Below are positions 50,414-59,782 of a DNA stretch of 64,000 bases, piece by piece. The notes beneath the pieces were generated by a model. The model made no database searches, was not told where the DNA came from, and saw only the letters and a list, made by a program, of their open reading frames with translations. Source of the DNA: an uncultured Actinomycetota bacterium (GTDB lineage: Bacteria; Actinomycetota; Actinomycetes; Propionibacteriales; Nocardioidaceae); the NCBI GenBank assembly GCA_963830735.1, contig CAWHNG010000003.1:209989-273988 (forward strand), given 5' to 3'. The translations under genes were made by a program, and so were the position numbers. The number at the start of each line of letters is the position of its first letter. The stretch's first letter is position 1.

Positions 50414-51144
50414 CTCCCCGGGTCACCCTCGCGATCACCGCCCGGGTGCTCACCCAGCTCCGCCGCGACCACCGCACGCTCGCCATGCTGCTGGTGCTCC
50501 CGTGCCTGCTCATCACCCTGCTGTGGTGGATCTACGACGCCACGCCGTTCGTCTTCGACGCCCTCGGGCCGGCGCTGCTGGCGGTCTTCCCGTTCTTCGT
50601 GATGTTCCTGGTCACCAGCGTCACCACGCTCCGCGAGCGCTCGAGCGGGACCCTGGAGCGGCTGTTCACGATGCCGATGGGCAAGCTCGACTTCCTGGTC
50701 GGCTACGCGCTGGCGTTCGGCCTGGTGGCCGCGCTGCAGGCCGCGCTCGCGGTCGGGGTCAGCGTCGGCCTGCTCGACCTCGACGTCCGCGGCCCGGTGT
50801 GGCTGCTGGGCACGGTGGCGGTCGTCGACGCCGTCCTGGGTACGGCGCTCGGCCTGTTCGTCTCGGCGTTCGCGCGCACCGAGTTCCAGGCCGTCCAGTT
50901 CCTGCCCGCGGTCGTCGTACCCCAGATCCTGCTGTGCGGCCTGCTCGTGCCGCGGGACCGGCTGCCCGACGTCCTCGACGTGGTCTCCGACCTGCTGCCG
51001 CTGTCCTACGCCGTCGACGCCATGCAGCACCTCGCCACCACGACCGCAACGGGCGACGTGTGGTTCGACCTCGCGGTGGTCGGCGGCTTCGCCCTCGCCG
51101 CGCTCGCGCTCGGCGCCGGCACGCTGCGCCGTCGCAGCGACTGA
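50410..51144 (+). CDS. ABC-2 type exporter permease
   Basis: ATGA overlap; RERSSGTLERL, EFQAVQF, PLSYA; six TMs. Confidence 0.9.
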   Translation: MTPRVTLAITARVLTQLRRDHRTLAMLLVLPCLLITLLWWIYDATPFVFDALGPALLAVFPFFVMFLVTSVTTLRERSSGTLERLFTMPMGKLDFLVGYALAFGLVAALQAALAVGVSVGLLDLDVRGPVWLLGTVAVVDAVLGTALGLFVSAFARTEFQAVQFLPAVVVPQILLCGLLVPRDRLPDVLDVVSDLLPLSYAVDAMQHLATTTATGDVWFDLAVVGGFALAALALGAGTLRRRSD

Positions 51145-51186
51145 GCCGGACGGCTGGGCCGGACGACCGAGCCGGACGACTGCGGG

Positions 51187-51627
51187 TCAGGGGAGCAGCT
51201 CGACCGGTGTCAGGTAGCCGGTCTCCACCTCGAACGTCTCCTCGCCGCACTGGATCAGGCTGGTGGCGATCGTCGATCCGGGCCACTCCAACCACGTGCA
51301 CAGCGGACGATCCGTCCCGGCGTCGTACAGCACCCGGTCGCCCCGCTCCAACGACTGCAGCGGCTTGACCGCCCGCGCCTGGTCGAGCGGTCCCGGCGCG
51401 GCCGACGACGTGGCGTCGGTCGGCTCGGTGGTCGGGGCAGACCCGGTCTGCGACGAGCGATCCTCCGCGTCGGTCGCCCGACCCGTCGCCGGGTCGGAGT
51501 CGACGGCCATTCCCAGGGCGAAGCCGAGGACTCCGGCAACCAGGATCACGGCCACGGCGACGGCCGCCGCCAGCACGGTGGGGCGCGCCGAACTGTCCCG
51601 ATGACTGTGGCCGTTCCACCCAGACAT
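51187..51627 (-). CDS. Hypothetical membrane-anchored protein
   Basis: Single TM, Ser/Thr/Asp linker, small two-Cys C-terminal domain. Confidence 0.55.
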   Translation of the reverse strand: MSGWNGHSHRDSSARPTVLAAAVAVAVILVAGVLGFALGMAVDSDPATGRATDAEDRSSQTGSAPTTEPTDATSSAAPGPLDQARAVKPLQSLERGDRVLYDAGTDRPLCTWLEWPGSTIATSLIQCGEETFEVETGYLTPVELLP

Positions 51628-51809
51628 CTCGCCTGCCCTCCGCCTCCATGATGAGGCGATCGGGTCGTCCGCGCCAGAGCGACCTCAGGGGAGGAGTCTG
51701 CCTCCGTCCTCTGGCCACCGTCCGGGCGGTCGACCACCCCGGGCAGTGGCCACAGGACCGAGGTAGTGGTGAGACGACCGTGCGTCGCACGATTGCGGTG
51801 GCGATCCGG

Positions 51810-52448
51810 CTACGTGCGGATGATCCGTCGCTCGATCGCGGCCGCGACCGCACCGGCGCGGGTCTCGACGCCGAGCTTGGTGTAGACGTGCGAGAGGTGG
51901 CTCTTCACGGTCGCCTCAGACACGAGCAGCTCGCGCGCCATCTCCTTGTTGCCCAGGCCGCGCGAGAGCAGCTCGAGCACCTCCACCTCGCGCTCGGTGA
52001 TCACGGCCGCCGCCGACGGCGACGCCCGCCGGACCAGCGTGGCCGCCACCGACGGCGCGAGCACCGTCTCGCCCCGCGCGGTCGCGCGGATCCCGGCGAA
52101 CAGGTCGTCCGGCGGGGCATCCTTGAGCAGGTAGCCGCGGGCACCCGCGTCGAGCGCGCGCAGCACGTCGGCCTCGGTGTCGTACGTCGTCAGCACCAGC
52201 ACCTCGGGTGGCTCCGGCATCCCGCGCAGCCGGGCCGTCACCTCCGCGCCGCCCGGGCCGTCACCGAGGCTGAGGTCCATCAGGACGACGTCGGGCCGGT
52301 CGAGCGCCACCGCCTTCTCGGCGCTGGACAGGTCGTGCGCCTCCGCGACCACCTCGAGGTCGTCCTGCCCGTCGACGAGGGCGCGCAGCCCGGCCCGGAC
52401 GACGGGGTGGTCGTCCACGAGGACGATCCGGATGGTCGGGGTGGTCAC
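51810..52448 (-). CDS. NarL/LuxR family response regulator
   Basis: VLVDDHPVV, LMDL, GYLLKD, ITEREVEVL, TVKSHLSHVYTKLGV. Confidence 0.93.
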   Translation of the reverse strand: MTTPTIRIVLVDDHPVVRAGLRALVDGQDDLEVVAEAHDLSSAEKAVALDRPDVVLMDLSLGDGPGGAEVTARLRGMPEPPEVLVLTTYDTEADVLRALDAGARGYLLKDAPPDDLFAGIRATARGETVLAPSVAATLVRRASPSAAAVITEREVEVLELLSRGLGNKEMARELLVSEATVKSHLSHVYTKLGVETRAGAVAAAIERRIIRT

Positions 52449-53677
52449 GAGCCCGCTCCCGTCGGCAGCGCGAGCGACACGGTCGTGCCCTCGCCGGGCG
52501 TGCTCTCCACGTCGGCCCGGCCGCCGAGCGCGGCGGCGCGCTGCCGGATGCCGTCGAGCCCGTGCCCGCGGTCGCGACCCCGGGCGGCACGACCGACGCG
52601 CCCGAGGTCGAACCCCCGCCCGTCGTCTCGTACGTCGAGCAGCACCTCCCCGGCGTCGTAGGTCACCGAGACCACGGCCCGCCGCGCCCCGGCGTGCTCG
52701 ACGACGTTGGCCAGCGCGCCGCGCGTCGTACGCACCATCGCGCCGGCGACCGCCGGCGACACCGGGACCGGCGTGCCGTGCACGCGCAGCTCGGTCGCGA
52801 CGCCCGGCGCCGCCTCGGCGACGACCTTGCGCAGCGCTCCGGGCAGCGCGTCGGGCGCACCCTCGACGAAGTCGGCCGGGGCCAGGTCGCGGACCACGCG
52901 GCGTACCTCCTCCAGGCCCTCGCGCGCCGTCGACGCAGCGGTTCCGACATGGGTGCGGGCCAGGTCGGGGCGGCGGTCCCAGTCCTGCGCGGCGGCCTGC
53001 AGCAGCAGGTTGATGCTGGACAGGCCCTGGCCGACGGAGTCGTGGATGTCGCGGGAGAGCCGGGTCCGCTCGGCGAGCGCGCCGGCGCGGCGCTCGGCGA
53101 GCGCGAGGTCGTCCTGCGCGGCGGTGAGGTCGTCGAGCAGCCGCTGCCGGGTGCGCGCCTCGCGCTCGAGGGTGCGGAAGGCGATGACGGTGACCAGGGC
53201 GATGCCGACCGGTCCGACGACGATCGTCGGGTCGGGGCCGGAGACGAGCCGCGACCACCCGAGGCTGACGACCGCCGTCATCGCGACCACCACCCCCGCG
53301 GCGGAGCCGAACGGCAGCACCCGGAGCGCGGCGAACGCGACCGGGACGGCCGTCCACGCGAACGACGGCGCGACCAGGGTCAACCCTGCCCACAGGGCGA
53401 CGACCACGACCACCCACAGCGTCGGCCACCAGGAGCGACCGCGCAGCAGGGCACCGCTCGCGTAGACGGCGATGAACGCGGTCGCTCCGGCGAGGACGAA
53501 GACGCCGCTGGCGTCGAGCGGGTGCCGGGTGACGTAGCGGATCGCGCAGACCACGGCGAGCGCGACGAGCACGACGTGCAGCCAGCGGTCGAGGTCGGCG
53601 ACCGACGCCAGGATGCCGCGGACCCCGCTGCCCGCCGGTCGTACGGCGCTCGCCGTCCCCGCGTCGTCGCTGGTCAT
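52445..53677 (-). CDS. Membrane sensor histidine kinase (HisKA_3/DesK type)
   Basis: Five to six TMs; ERTRLSRDIHDSVGQ, ANVVEHA, DDGRGF, GHGL. Confidence 0.92.
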   Translation of the reverse strand: MTSDDAGTASAVRPAGSGVRGILASVADLDRWLHVVLVALAVVCAIRYVTRHPLDASGVFVLAGATAFIAVYASGALLRGRSWWPTLWVVVVVALWAGLTLVAPSFAWTAVPVAFAALRVLPFGSAAGVVVAMTAVVSLGWSRLVSGPDPTIVVGPVGIALVTVIAFRTLEREARTRQRLLDDLTAAQDDLALAERRAGALAERTRLSRDIHDSVGQGLSSINLLLQAAAQDWDRRPDLARTHVGTAASTAREGLEEVRRVVRDLAPADFVEGAPDALPGALRKVVAEAAPGVATELRVHGTPVPVSPAVAGAMVRTTRGALANVVEHAGARRAVVSVTYDAGEVLLDVRDDGRGFDLGRVGRAARGRDRGHGLDGIRQRAAALGGRADVESTPGEGTTVSLALPTGAGS

Positions 53678-53712
53678 GAGGGCAGCGTATTGACGCCCGG
53701 GTCCGCGCGACA

Positions 53713-53750
53713 TCACCCGACGGGCTGCGGAGGAATAGCCAATCGGATGA
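53713..53750. promoter_or_regulatory. Inverted pair of 15-bp boxes, candidate response-regulator site
   Basis: TCACCCGACGGGCTG versus reverse complement TCATCCGATTGGCTA, 11/15 identical, 8-bp spacer. Confidence 0.45.
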
Positions 53751-53821
53751 CGCGGGTCCGCCGGATCCCGGAGAGGCTCGAAGGGCAACGAACCCCGGTC
53801 ACGAAACGGAGCACATCTCCC

Positions 53822-54802
53822 ATGAAGCGCACCCTCGCCGTCGCAGCCCTCGCCGCGACGATCTCCCCGCTCGCCCTGTCGACGCTGTCCGCCACGCCCG
53901 GCGCGTACGCCGACGGGGGACGCCCGGCGTCGTACCACCTGGTCGGCGACGAGGGCGGCTCGAAGTTCGAGGGGATCGGTGCCGACGAGCGGCGCGGTCT
54001 CTTCTACGTCAGCGAGGTCACCGGCGGCGAGATCCACCGCGGCGTCTCGGGCACCGCGCAGACCGAGGAGTGGCTCGGCGGCGCGGGCACCGACGGCCGC
54101 TTCACCGCGCGGGGGATCACCACCGACGCCGCCGGACGGGTGTACGTCGCCGGCGGGCCCAACGGCATCGGGTTCCCGGACCGTCCCGACCTGTGGGTCT
54201 ACTCCCCGGCGGGCGACCTGCTCGCCGCGCTCCGTGCGCCCGGCGACAACGTCTTCCTCAACGACGTGTGGGTGGGTCCCGACGGTGCGGCGTACTTCAC
54301 CAACTCCAACGCGCCGCAGATCTACCGGGTCGCGCCCGGCGCCGGCGGTGCCGACGGCTGGGGCGTGGAGCTGTGGGCCGACGCGACCGGCACCATCTCG
54401 CAGGAGTCCGGCTTCAACCTCGGTGGCATCGTGCTCAGCCCCGACCGCAGCGCGTTCGTCGTCGCGCAGGGCAACACCGGCCGGCTGTGGCGCTTCGACG
54501 CCGCCGACGGCTCGGTCTCCGAGGTGGCCACCGGCGGCGCCGACCTGGTCAACGCCGACGGCCTGGTCCGGGTCGGCACGACCCTGACCGTGGTGCGCAA
54601 CTTCTCCCGATCGATCGCCACGCTCGAGCTCGCCGAGGACGGCTCGTCGGCCACGCTCGTCCGGCAGCGGGCGACCGACCCGAGCCGCGTGCTCACCACC
54701 GCGAAGCGGCTGCGCGGCCAGACGCTGTACGTCGACAGCCACTTCGACGAGGCGAACGGCGTTGCGCCGTACGACGTCGTGACGGCCCCGTTCGTCCCCT
54801 GA
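53822..54802 (+). CDS. Secreted beta-propeller protein (SMP-30/gluconolactonase-like)
   Basis: Signal peptide; repeated blades (FEGI, ARGI, LNDV, LGGI, ADGL). Confidence 0.75.
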   Translation: MKRTLAVAALAATISPLALSTLSATPGAYADGGRPASYHLVGDEGGSKFEGIGADERRGLFYVSEVTGGEIHRGVSGTAQTEEWLGGAGTDGRFTARGITTDAAGRVYVAGGPNGIGFPDRPDLWVYSPAGDLLAALRAPGDNVFLNDVWVGPDGAAYFTNSNAPQIYRVAPGAGGADGWGVELWADATGTISQESGFNLGGIVLSPDRSAFVVAQGNTGRLWRFDAADGSVSEVATGGADLVNADGLVRVGTTLTVVRNFSRSIATLELAEDGSSATLVRQRATDPSRVLTTAKRLRGQTLYVDSHFDEANGVAPYDVVTAPFVP

Positions 54803-54866
54803 GCCCCCGATCGTCGCGGCCGGATCCGCCGACCGGGCGCTGGGTGCCCCGCCGTAATCTGACCCC

Positions 54867-55817
54867 ATGCGCCCGGTCCGTGACGCTCTCCTCCTCCTGT
54901 CCCGCAGCCAGGCCGTCCAACGCCTGGTCAGCACCATGCCGGTGACGGCCGGGATCGTGCGCAGCTACGTCCCCGGTGAGGACGTCGAGGACGTCGTCGA
55001 CGCCGTCGCCCGGCTGGCCGCGGACGGGCTGACCGCGACCATCGACTACCTCGGCGAGGACACGACCGACGTCGACCGGGCCGAGGCGACGGTGGTTGCC
55101 TACAAGGACCTGCTCAGCCGGCTCTCGGCCCGTGGGCTGACCCGGCGGGCGGAGGTCAGCGTCAAGCTGACCGCGATCGGGCTCGCGCTGCCGGACGATG
55201 TCGCACCGGGTGGCGGTCACAAGATCGCCCTCGAGAACGCCCGCGCCATCTGCCGGGCCGCCCGCAACGCCGGCACCACGGTGACCCTCGACATGGAGGA
55301 CCACACCACCACCGACGCGACGCTGGCGATCCTGCGCGACCTGCGCAAGGACTTCCCGGAGACCGGCGCGGTGCTCCAGGCCTACCTCCACCGCACCGAG
55401 CACGACTGCCGCGCGCTCGCCCACGAGGGCTCCCGGGTGCGGCTGTGCAAGGGCGCGTACGACGAGCCCGCCGAGGTCGCCTTCACCGATCCCGACGAGG
55501 TGGACCGGGCCTACGTCCGCTGCCTCAAGGTGCTGCTCGCCGGCCAGGGCTACCCGATGATCGCCACCCACGACCCGCGGCTGGTCGAGGTCGCCTCGTC
55601 GCTGGCCAGCCGCTACGGCCGGGCGCAGGGCACCTACGAGTTCCAGATGCTCTTCGGCATCCGTCCGCTCGAGCAGCAGCGGCTCGCCGACAGCGGCGAG
55701 ACGGTCCGGGTCTACGTCCCCTACGGCTCCGAGTGGTACGGCTACCTCATGAGAAGGCTCGCGGAGCGTCCACGCAACCTGTCATTCTTCGTGACGTCCC
55801 TCGTCTCGAAGAAGTGA
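54867..55817 (+). CDS. Monofunctional proline dehydrogenase
   Basis: SVKLT, LDMED, VLQAYL, RLCKGAY, ATHD, EFQML, YVPYG, RRLAERP. Confidence 0.92.
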   Translation: MRPVRDALLLLSRSQAVQRLVSTMPVTAGIVRSYVPGEDVEDVVDAVARLAADGLTATIDYLGEDTTDVDRAEATVVAYKDLLSRLSARGLTRRAEVSVKLTAIGLALPDDVAPGGGHKIALENARAICRAARNAGTTVTLDMEDHTTTDATLAILRDLRKDFPETGAVLQAYLHRTEHDCRALAHEGSRVRLCKGAYDEPAEVAFTDPDEVDRAYVRCLKVLLAGQGYPMIATHDPRLVEVASSLASRYGRAQGTYEFQMLFGIRPLEQQRLADSGETVRVYVPYGSEWYGYLMRRLAERPRNLSFFVTSLVSKK

Positions 55818-55821
55818 GCCA

Positions 55822-56628
55822 GTGATGAAGCAGACTGCCGTGATCGGCGCCGGCGTGATGGGGGAGACCCTGCTCTCCGGCCTGGTGCGCGCCGGGCGCC
55901 GGGTCGACCAGCTCCTGGTCGGCGAGAAGCGCCAGGAGCGGGCGGCCGAGCTCGAGGAGAGGTACGGCGTCCGCGTCGTCTCCAACCTCGAAGCCGCCAC
56001 GAAGGCCGACACCGTCGCGCTCGTGGTGAAGCCGCAGGACATGGCCGACGTGCTCTCCGAGATCTCCGGCGCGCTCCGCCCCGGTCAGCTGCTCGTGTCG
56101 CTGGCCGCCGGCATCACCACCGCGTTCATCGAGACCCACGTGCCGGCCGGCGTCGCGGTCGTCCGGGTGATGCCCAACACCCCCGCTCTGGTCGACGAGG
56201 GCATGTCCGCGATCTCCGCGGGCTCGCACTGCGACGAGGCCCACCTCGCCGAGGCCGAGGAGCTGATGGCGTCGGTCGGCAGGGTGCTGCGCGTACCCGA
56301 GAAGCAGCAGGATGCGGTCACCGCGATCAGCGGCAGCGGGCCGGCGTACATCTTCTTCGTGGTGGAGTCGATGATCGAGGCCGGCGTCCACCTCGGGCTG
56401 CCGCGCGCCACCGCCCACGACCTGGTCGTCCAGACCCTCGTCGGGTCGGCCGCGATGCTGCGGGAGACCGGCGAGCACCCGACGGTGCTGCGCGAGCAGG
56501 TCACCTCCCCGGCCGGCACCACTGCCGCCGCGATCCGCGAGCTGGAGATCCACAAGGTCCGCGCCGCGTTCCTCGCCGCGCTCGAGGCGGCCCGCGACCG
56601 CTCGCGGGAGCTCGCCGGCGGCAGCTGA
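55822..56628 (+). CDS. proC: Pyrroline-5-carboxylate reductase
   Basis: IGAGVMG, VKPQ, RVMPNTP, SGSGPAY, VTSPAGTT. Confidence 0.96.
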   Translation: MMKQTAVIGAGVMGETLLSGLVRAGRRVDQLLVGEKRQERAAELEERYGVRVVSNLEAATKADTVALVVKPQDMADVLSEISGALRPGQLLVSLAAGITTAFIETHVPAGVAVVRVMPNTPALVDEGMSAISAGSHCDEAHLAEAEELMASVGRVLRVPEKQQDAVTAISGSGPAYIFFVVESMIEAGVHLGLPRATAHDLVVQTLVGSAAMLRETGEHPTVLREQVTSPAGTTAAAIRELEIHKVRAAFLAALEAARDRSRELAGGS

Positions 56629-56641
56629 GGAGCTCGCGCCG

Positions 56642-57181
56642 GTGCCGTCGTACGTCGCCTTCCTCCGCGCCGTCAACGTCGGCAAGCGGCCACTGCGGAT
56701 GGCCGACGCGCGGGCGTGGCTGACCGAGGCCGGCTTCACCGACGTCGAGACCTACATCCAGACCGGCAACATCCGGGTCACCACGCCCAAGCGGACGATC
56801 GGGTCGGTGGAGCGGGCGCTGGAGGAGGTCTTCGGGGAGCGGTGCGGCTTCGAGGTGCCGTCCATCGTGTTCACCCCGGCCGAGCTGCGCCAGGTGTACG
56901 CCGACGCACTGGCCTTCCCGCGGCCGCCGTACGCCGATCGCGACGACTGCCGGCGCTTCGTCGTCCTCTACAAGGAGCCACCCACGGCCGCGGACGTCGA
57001 GCGGGTGGCGGCGTACGACGCGGAGCTGGAGCGCGCCCTCGTCGTCGGCCGCGCCGCGCACGTCTGGATCGCCGGGCCGTTCGCGGACGCGAAGGTGTTC
57101 GGGACGCTCGCGAAGGTCTTCAACCCCGGCACCAACCGGAACCTGAAGGTGGTCAGCACGCTCGCCGAACGGTGGGGCTGA
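56642..57181 (+). CDS. DUF1697 family protein
   Basis: YVAFLRAVNVG, VETYIQTGN, TNRNLKVV. Confidence 0.85.
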   Translation: MPSYVAFLRAVNVGKRPLRMADARAWLTEAGFTDVETYIQTGNIRVTTPKRTIGSVERALEEVFGERCGFEVPSIVFTPAELRQVYADALAFPRPPYADRDDCRRFVVLYKEPPTAADVERVAAYDAELERALVVGRAAHVWIAGPFADAKVFGTLAKVFNPGTNRNLKVVSTLAERWG

Positions 57182-57214
57182 GGCGCGTCGGGGGCTGATC
57201 AGCCGGTGCCCGGC

Positions 57215-57934
57215 TCACCAGCCGAGCTCGGCGAGCGACCGGACCCGGGTGACACCCGCCAGGTCGGGACGGGCGTCGTAGCGCCCGACGCGGTCGACGA
57301 GCACCCCGGCCAGTCCCGCGGCCGCGGCACCACGCACGTCGTGCAGGAGCGAGTCGCCGACCATCACGCAGGACTCCGGCGCGATGCCGAGCCGGGCGCA
57401 GGCGGTGTGGAACGCGACAGCGTCCGGCTTGGCGGCCGGCAGCGAGGACGACGCGAAGACCGGAAGGCCGAGGGCGGAGAGGCCGGTGCGGCGCACCTTC
57501 GACTCCTGCACGGTCTGGTCGCCGTTGGTGAGGATGCCGACCCGCAGCCCGGCGGCCAGCGCCGCCTCCACCGCGGCAGCTGCGTCGGCGAACGCGGACC
57601 AGGCCGCGGTGTAGCAGGCGAGGTAGCCCCCGAACGTGTCGTCGGCGAGTGCGTCGTCGGCCAGGTCCCAGCCCGGGAGGAACGAACGCACCCGGGCCCG
57701 CCGCTGCTCGGCGTAGCCGATCTCGCCGCGTTGGCACCGCTCGTAGTGGAACGCCTCGAGCGCGAACCATCGCTCGACGTGCTCCTCGAGCATGGTGCCC
57801 GTCTCGTCGATCCCGAGGCCGGCCAACCAGGTCCGGACCCCGCGCTCGGCCGCTCCGCGGTGGTCGACGAGCGTGTCGTCGAGGTCGAAGAGCACGCCCC
57901 GGACCGGCCCTCCGAGAAGCTCCGCGACCACCAT
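57215..57934 (-). CDS. HAD family hydrolase
   Basis: FDLDDTL, LTNG, KPD, MVGDSLLHD. Confidence 0.88.
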   Translation of the reverse strand: MVVAELLGGPVRGVLFDLDDTLVDHRGAAERGVRTWLAGLGIDETGTMLEEHVERWFALEAFHYERCQRGEIGYAEQRRARVRSFLPGWDLADDALADDTFGGYLACYTAAWSAFADAAAAVEAALAAGLRVGILTNGDQTVQESKVRRTGLSALGLPVFASSSLPAAKPDAVAFHTACARLGIAPESCVMVGDSLLHDVRGAAAAGLAGVLVDRVGRYDARPDLAGVTRVRSLAELGW

Positions 57935-58033
57935 GCCGGCAAGTTTCGCACCGGCCACCGACACTCCCGGCGGCGCCCTCGGCCCACGCCCGACCCACGC
58001 CCAGCCGGTCTCCTTGTCTGCATGGAGTCAGCG

Positions 58034-58049
58034 TGTAATCATAATTACA
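58034..58049. promoter_or_regulatory. AT-rich palindrome TGTAAT-CATA-ATTACA ending on the start codon, candidate operator
   Basis: Perfect 6-4-6 inverted repeat in a high-GC background. Confidence 0.55.
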
Positions 58050-58564
58050 TGACTGCAGACGAGATTCGCGGCTGGTTCTCCGGCCGCTTGCCGGAGGAGC
58101 TGTTCGAAGAGCTGCTCGAGGTCGCCGTCGACCGCGAGGAGATCACCGTGATCGGCCGGATCCCCGAGCCCGAGGTGGCGGCCGACGCCTCCGACGGCGA
58201 GCGGGACGCGACGATCGAGGGCCGGATCGCCGAGTTCCGCGAGCGCACCCGCGAGCAGCGGATGGGCGTCGCGCGGGAGGCGGAGCGCAAGTTCGGCCGG
58301 AAGGTGTCGTGGGGCGTGCAGTCCGGCGACACTCGGGCGCTGTTCACCCACGTCGCGGCGCCGGTGATGACCCGATTGCGCCAGCCCGAGCGCCAGGTCC
58401 TCGACCTGCTGGTCGCCGGCGGCATCGCCCGCAGCCGCAGCGACGCCCTCGGCTGGTGCGTCCGTCTGGTCCGGCAGCACGAGGGTGACTGGCTGGGCGA
58501 CCTGCGCGACTCCCTGACCTCGGTGGAGGAGGTACGCCGCCGCGGGCCCGACCGCGCGGAGTGA
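58049..58564 (+). CDS. Hypothetical protein with a predicted C-terminal ribbon-helix-helix domain
   Basis: C-terminal part of ORF 57206..58564; VMTRL-QPERQVLDLLVAGG-SRSDALGWCVRLV resembles CopG/NikR RHH. Confidence 0.65.
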   Translation: MTADEIRGWFSGRLPEELFEELLEVAVDREEITVIGRIPEPEVAADASDGERDATIEGRIAEFRERTREQRMGVAREAERKFGRKVSWGVQSGDTRALFTHVAAPVMTRLRQPERQVLDLLVAGGIARSRSDALGWCVRLVRQHEGDWLGDLRDSLTSVEEVRRRGPDRAE

Positions 58565-58595
58565 TCCCCACGACCCGTCCGCCCGCGAGGCCGTC

Positions 58596-59210
58596 TCAGC
58601 GCGGGGGAGCGGGGACGGTCTCCCCGGGCGGCGTCGTGAGGCCCAGCATCGTCGCCGCGATCGCGCCGGGTGCGTCCTCGGCCGCCATCTCGCCGTTGTA
58701 GACCGCGGTTGCCGCGGCGTGGGTGACCGTGTGCAGGACCGTGAGAAGCCACGACGTCGGGAGGTCGGTGCGGAACCGCCCCGCTGCCCGGCCCCGCTCG
58801 AGCAGTCGCTCGGCCCGCTCCTTCGGCTCGGCGTGGGCTGCGGCCATCTCCGCATCGGGCATGGTCCGCTCGGCAGCGACCACGAGGGCGCCGTACCTGT
58901 AGGTGGTGCCCCACGTCGCCCCGATCAGCCGGACGAGCGCGTCGACCGGGTCGCCGTCGAGGTCGACCGACGCCAGTGCCTCGTCGGCCTCCCGCATCGC
59001 GCGGTCGACGACGGCCGCGACGAGCGTCGCGCGGGAGTCGAAGTGCCCGTAGAGCGTCACCCGCCCGACGCCTGCCGTCCTGGCGATCTCGCTGATGCTC
59101 GCGTCGGGATCGCGGGCGAGGCAGGCGGTCGCGGCGTCGAGGATGGCCGCGACGTTCTTGCGCGCGTCGGCCCGCAGCGGCCGGGGCGTGGGGGCGTCGG
59201 TCGTGGTCAC
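58596..59210 (-). CDS. TetR family regulator
   Basis: LRADARKNVAAIL, SEIARTAGVGRVTLYGHFDSR; GTGA overlap with the upstream gene. Confidence 0.9.
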   Translation of the reverse strand: MTTTDAPTPRPLRADARKNVAAILDAATACLARDPDASISEIARTAGVGRVTLYGHFDSRATLVAAVVDRAMREADEALASVDLDGDPVDALVRLIGATWGTTYRYGALVVAAERTMPDAEMAAAHAEPKERAERLLERGRAAGRFRTDLPTSWLLTVLHTVTHAAATAVYNGEMAAEDAPGAIAATMLGLTTPPGETVPAPPR

Positions 59211-59653
59211 GATGCGGTCATCGTACGGCGATCGCGCTCGGCCGATCCGTGGCTGCGGTGGCAGCCGCCGGCGTACTCCTCCCACCGCCACAGCATCGCC
59301 GCCAGCATCAGCACGAACATCAGCACGTGCCCGATCATCATCACGCCGTGCTCCCCCAGGCCACCGGCCCAGTGGAACGGGTAGGTGAGGACGAACCCGG
59401 CGTACATCGCCGCGCTCATCTCCAGGGTCGGTGCCCAGCCGTGCCCGCGGAACCGCATCCAGCCGGCCATCGGCACCGCCATCGTGGTGGCCATGACCAA
59501 CGTGTCGACCTCGACCGAGCTCAGCGCGCTCGCGCCTCCGACGCCCGACGTCGCGAGCGACCAGAGCGGGTAGAGCACCATCATCCCGACCAGCATGGCG
59601 ACCACCATCTCGCCGTAGTGCAGGGTGAACCTGCGCACCTCCTGCCACCTCAT
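59207..59653 (-). CDS. Met/His-rich small membrane protein
   Basis: Four TMs; HYGEMVVAM, MRFRGH, EMSAAM, GHVLMFVLMLAAM; start could be 59683. Confidence 0.7.
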   Translation of the reverse strand: MRWQEVRRFTLHYGEMVVAMLVGMMVLYPLWSLATSGVGGASALSSVEVDTLVMATTMAVPMAGWMRFRGHGWAPTLEMSAAMYAGFVLTYPFHWAGGLGEHGVMMIGHVLMFVLMLAAMLWRWEEYAGGCHRSHGSAERDRRTMTAS

Positions 59654-59675
59654 CCGCTTCTCCGTTCTCCATAAC

Positions 59676-59720
59676 TCGAACACTGATGTACGAGATCATA
59701 AGTCGTACATCGGTGTTCGA
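59676..59720. promoter_or_regulatory. 18-9-18 inverted repeat upstream of the membrane protein-TetR operon
   Basis: TCGAACACTGATGTACGA-N9-TCGTACATCGGTGTTCGA, one mismatch. Confidence 0.65.
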
Positions 59721-59782
59721 CAAGGGCTCACCCGTCGTCGGCCCCCGCCGGCGATCGTGGCCGGACGAGTAACGTCCCTCAC

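Noticed and set aside
51145-51186. Three GCCGGACG direct repeats with ~12-bp spacing
   Set aside because: Short GC-rich motif between convergent genes; no other support.
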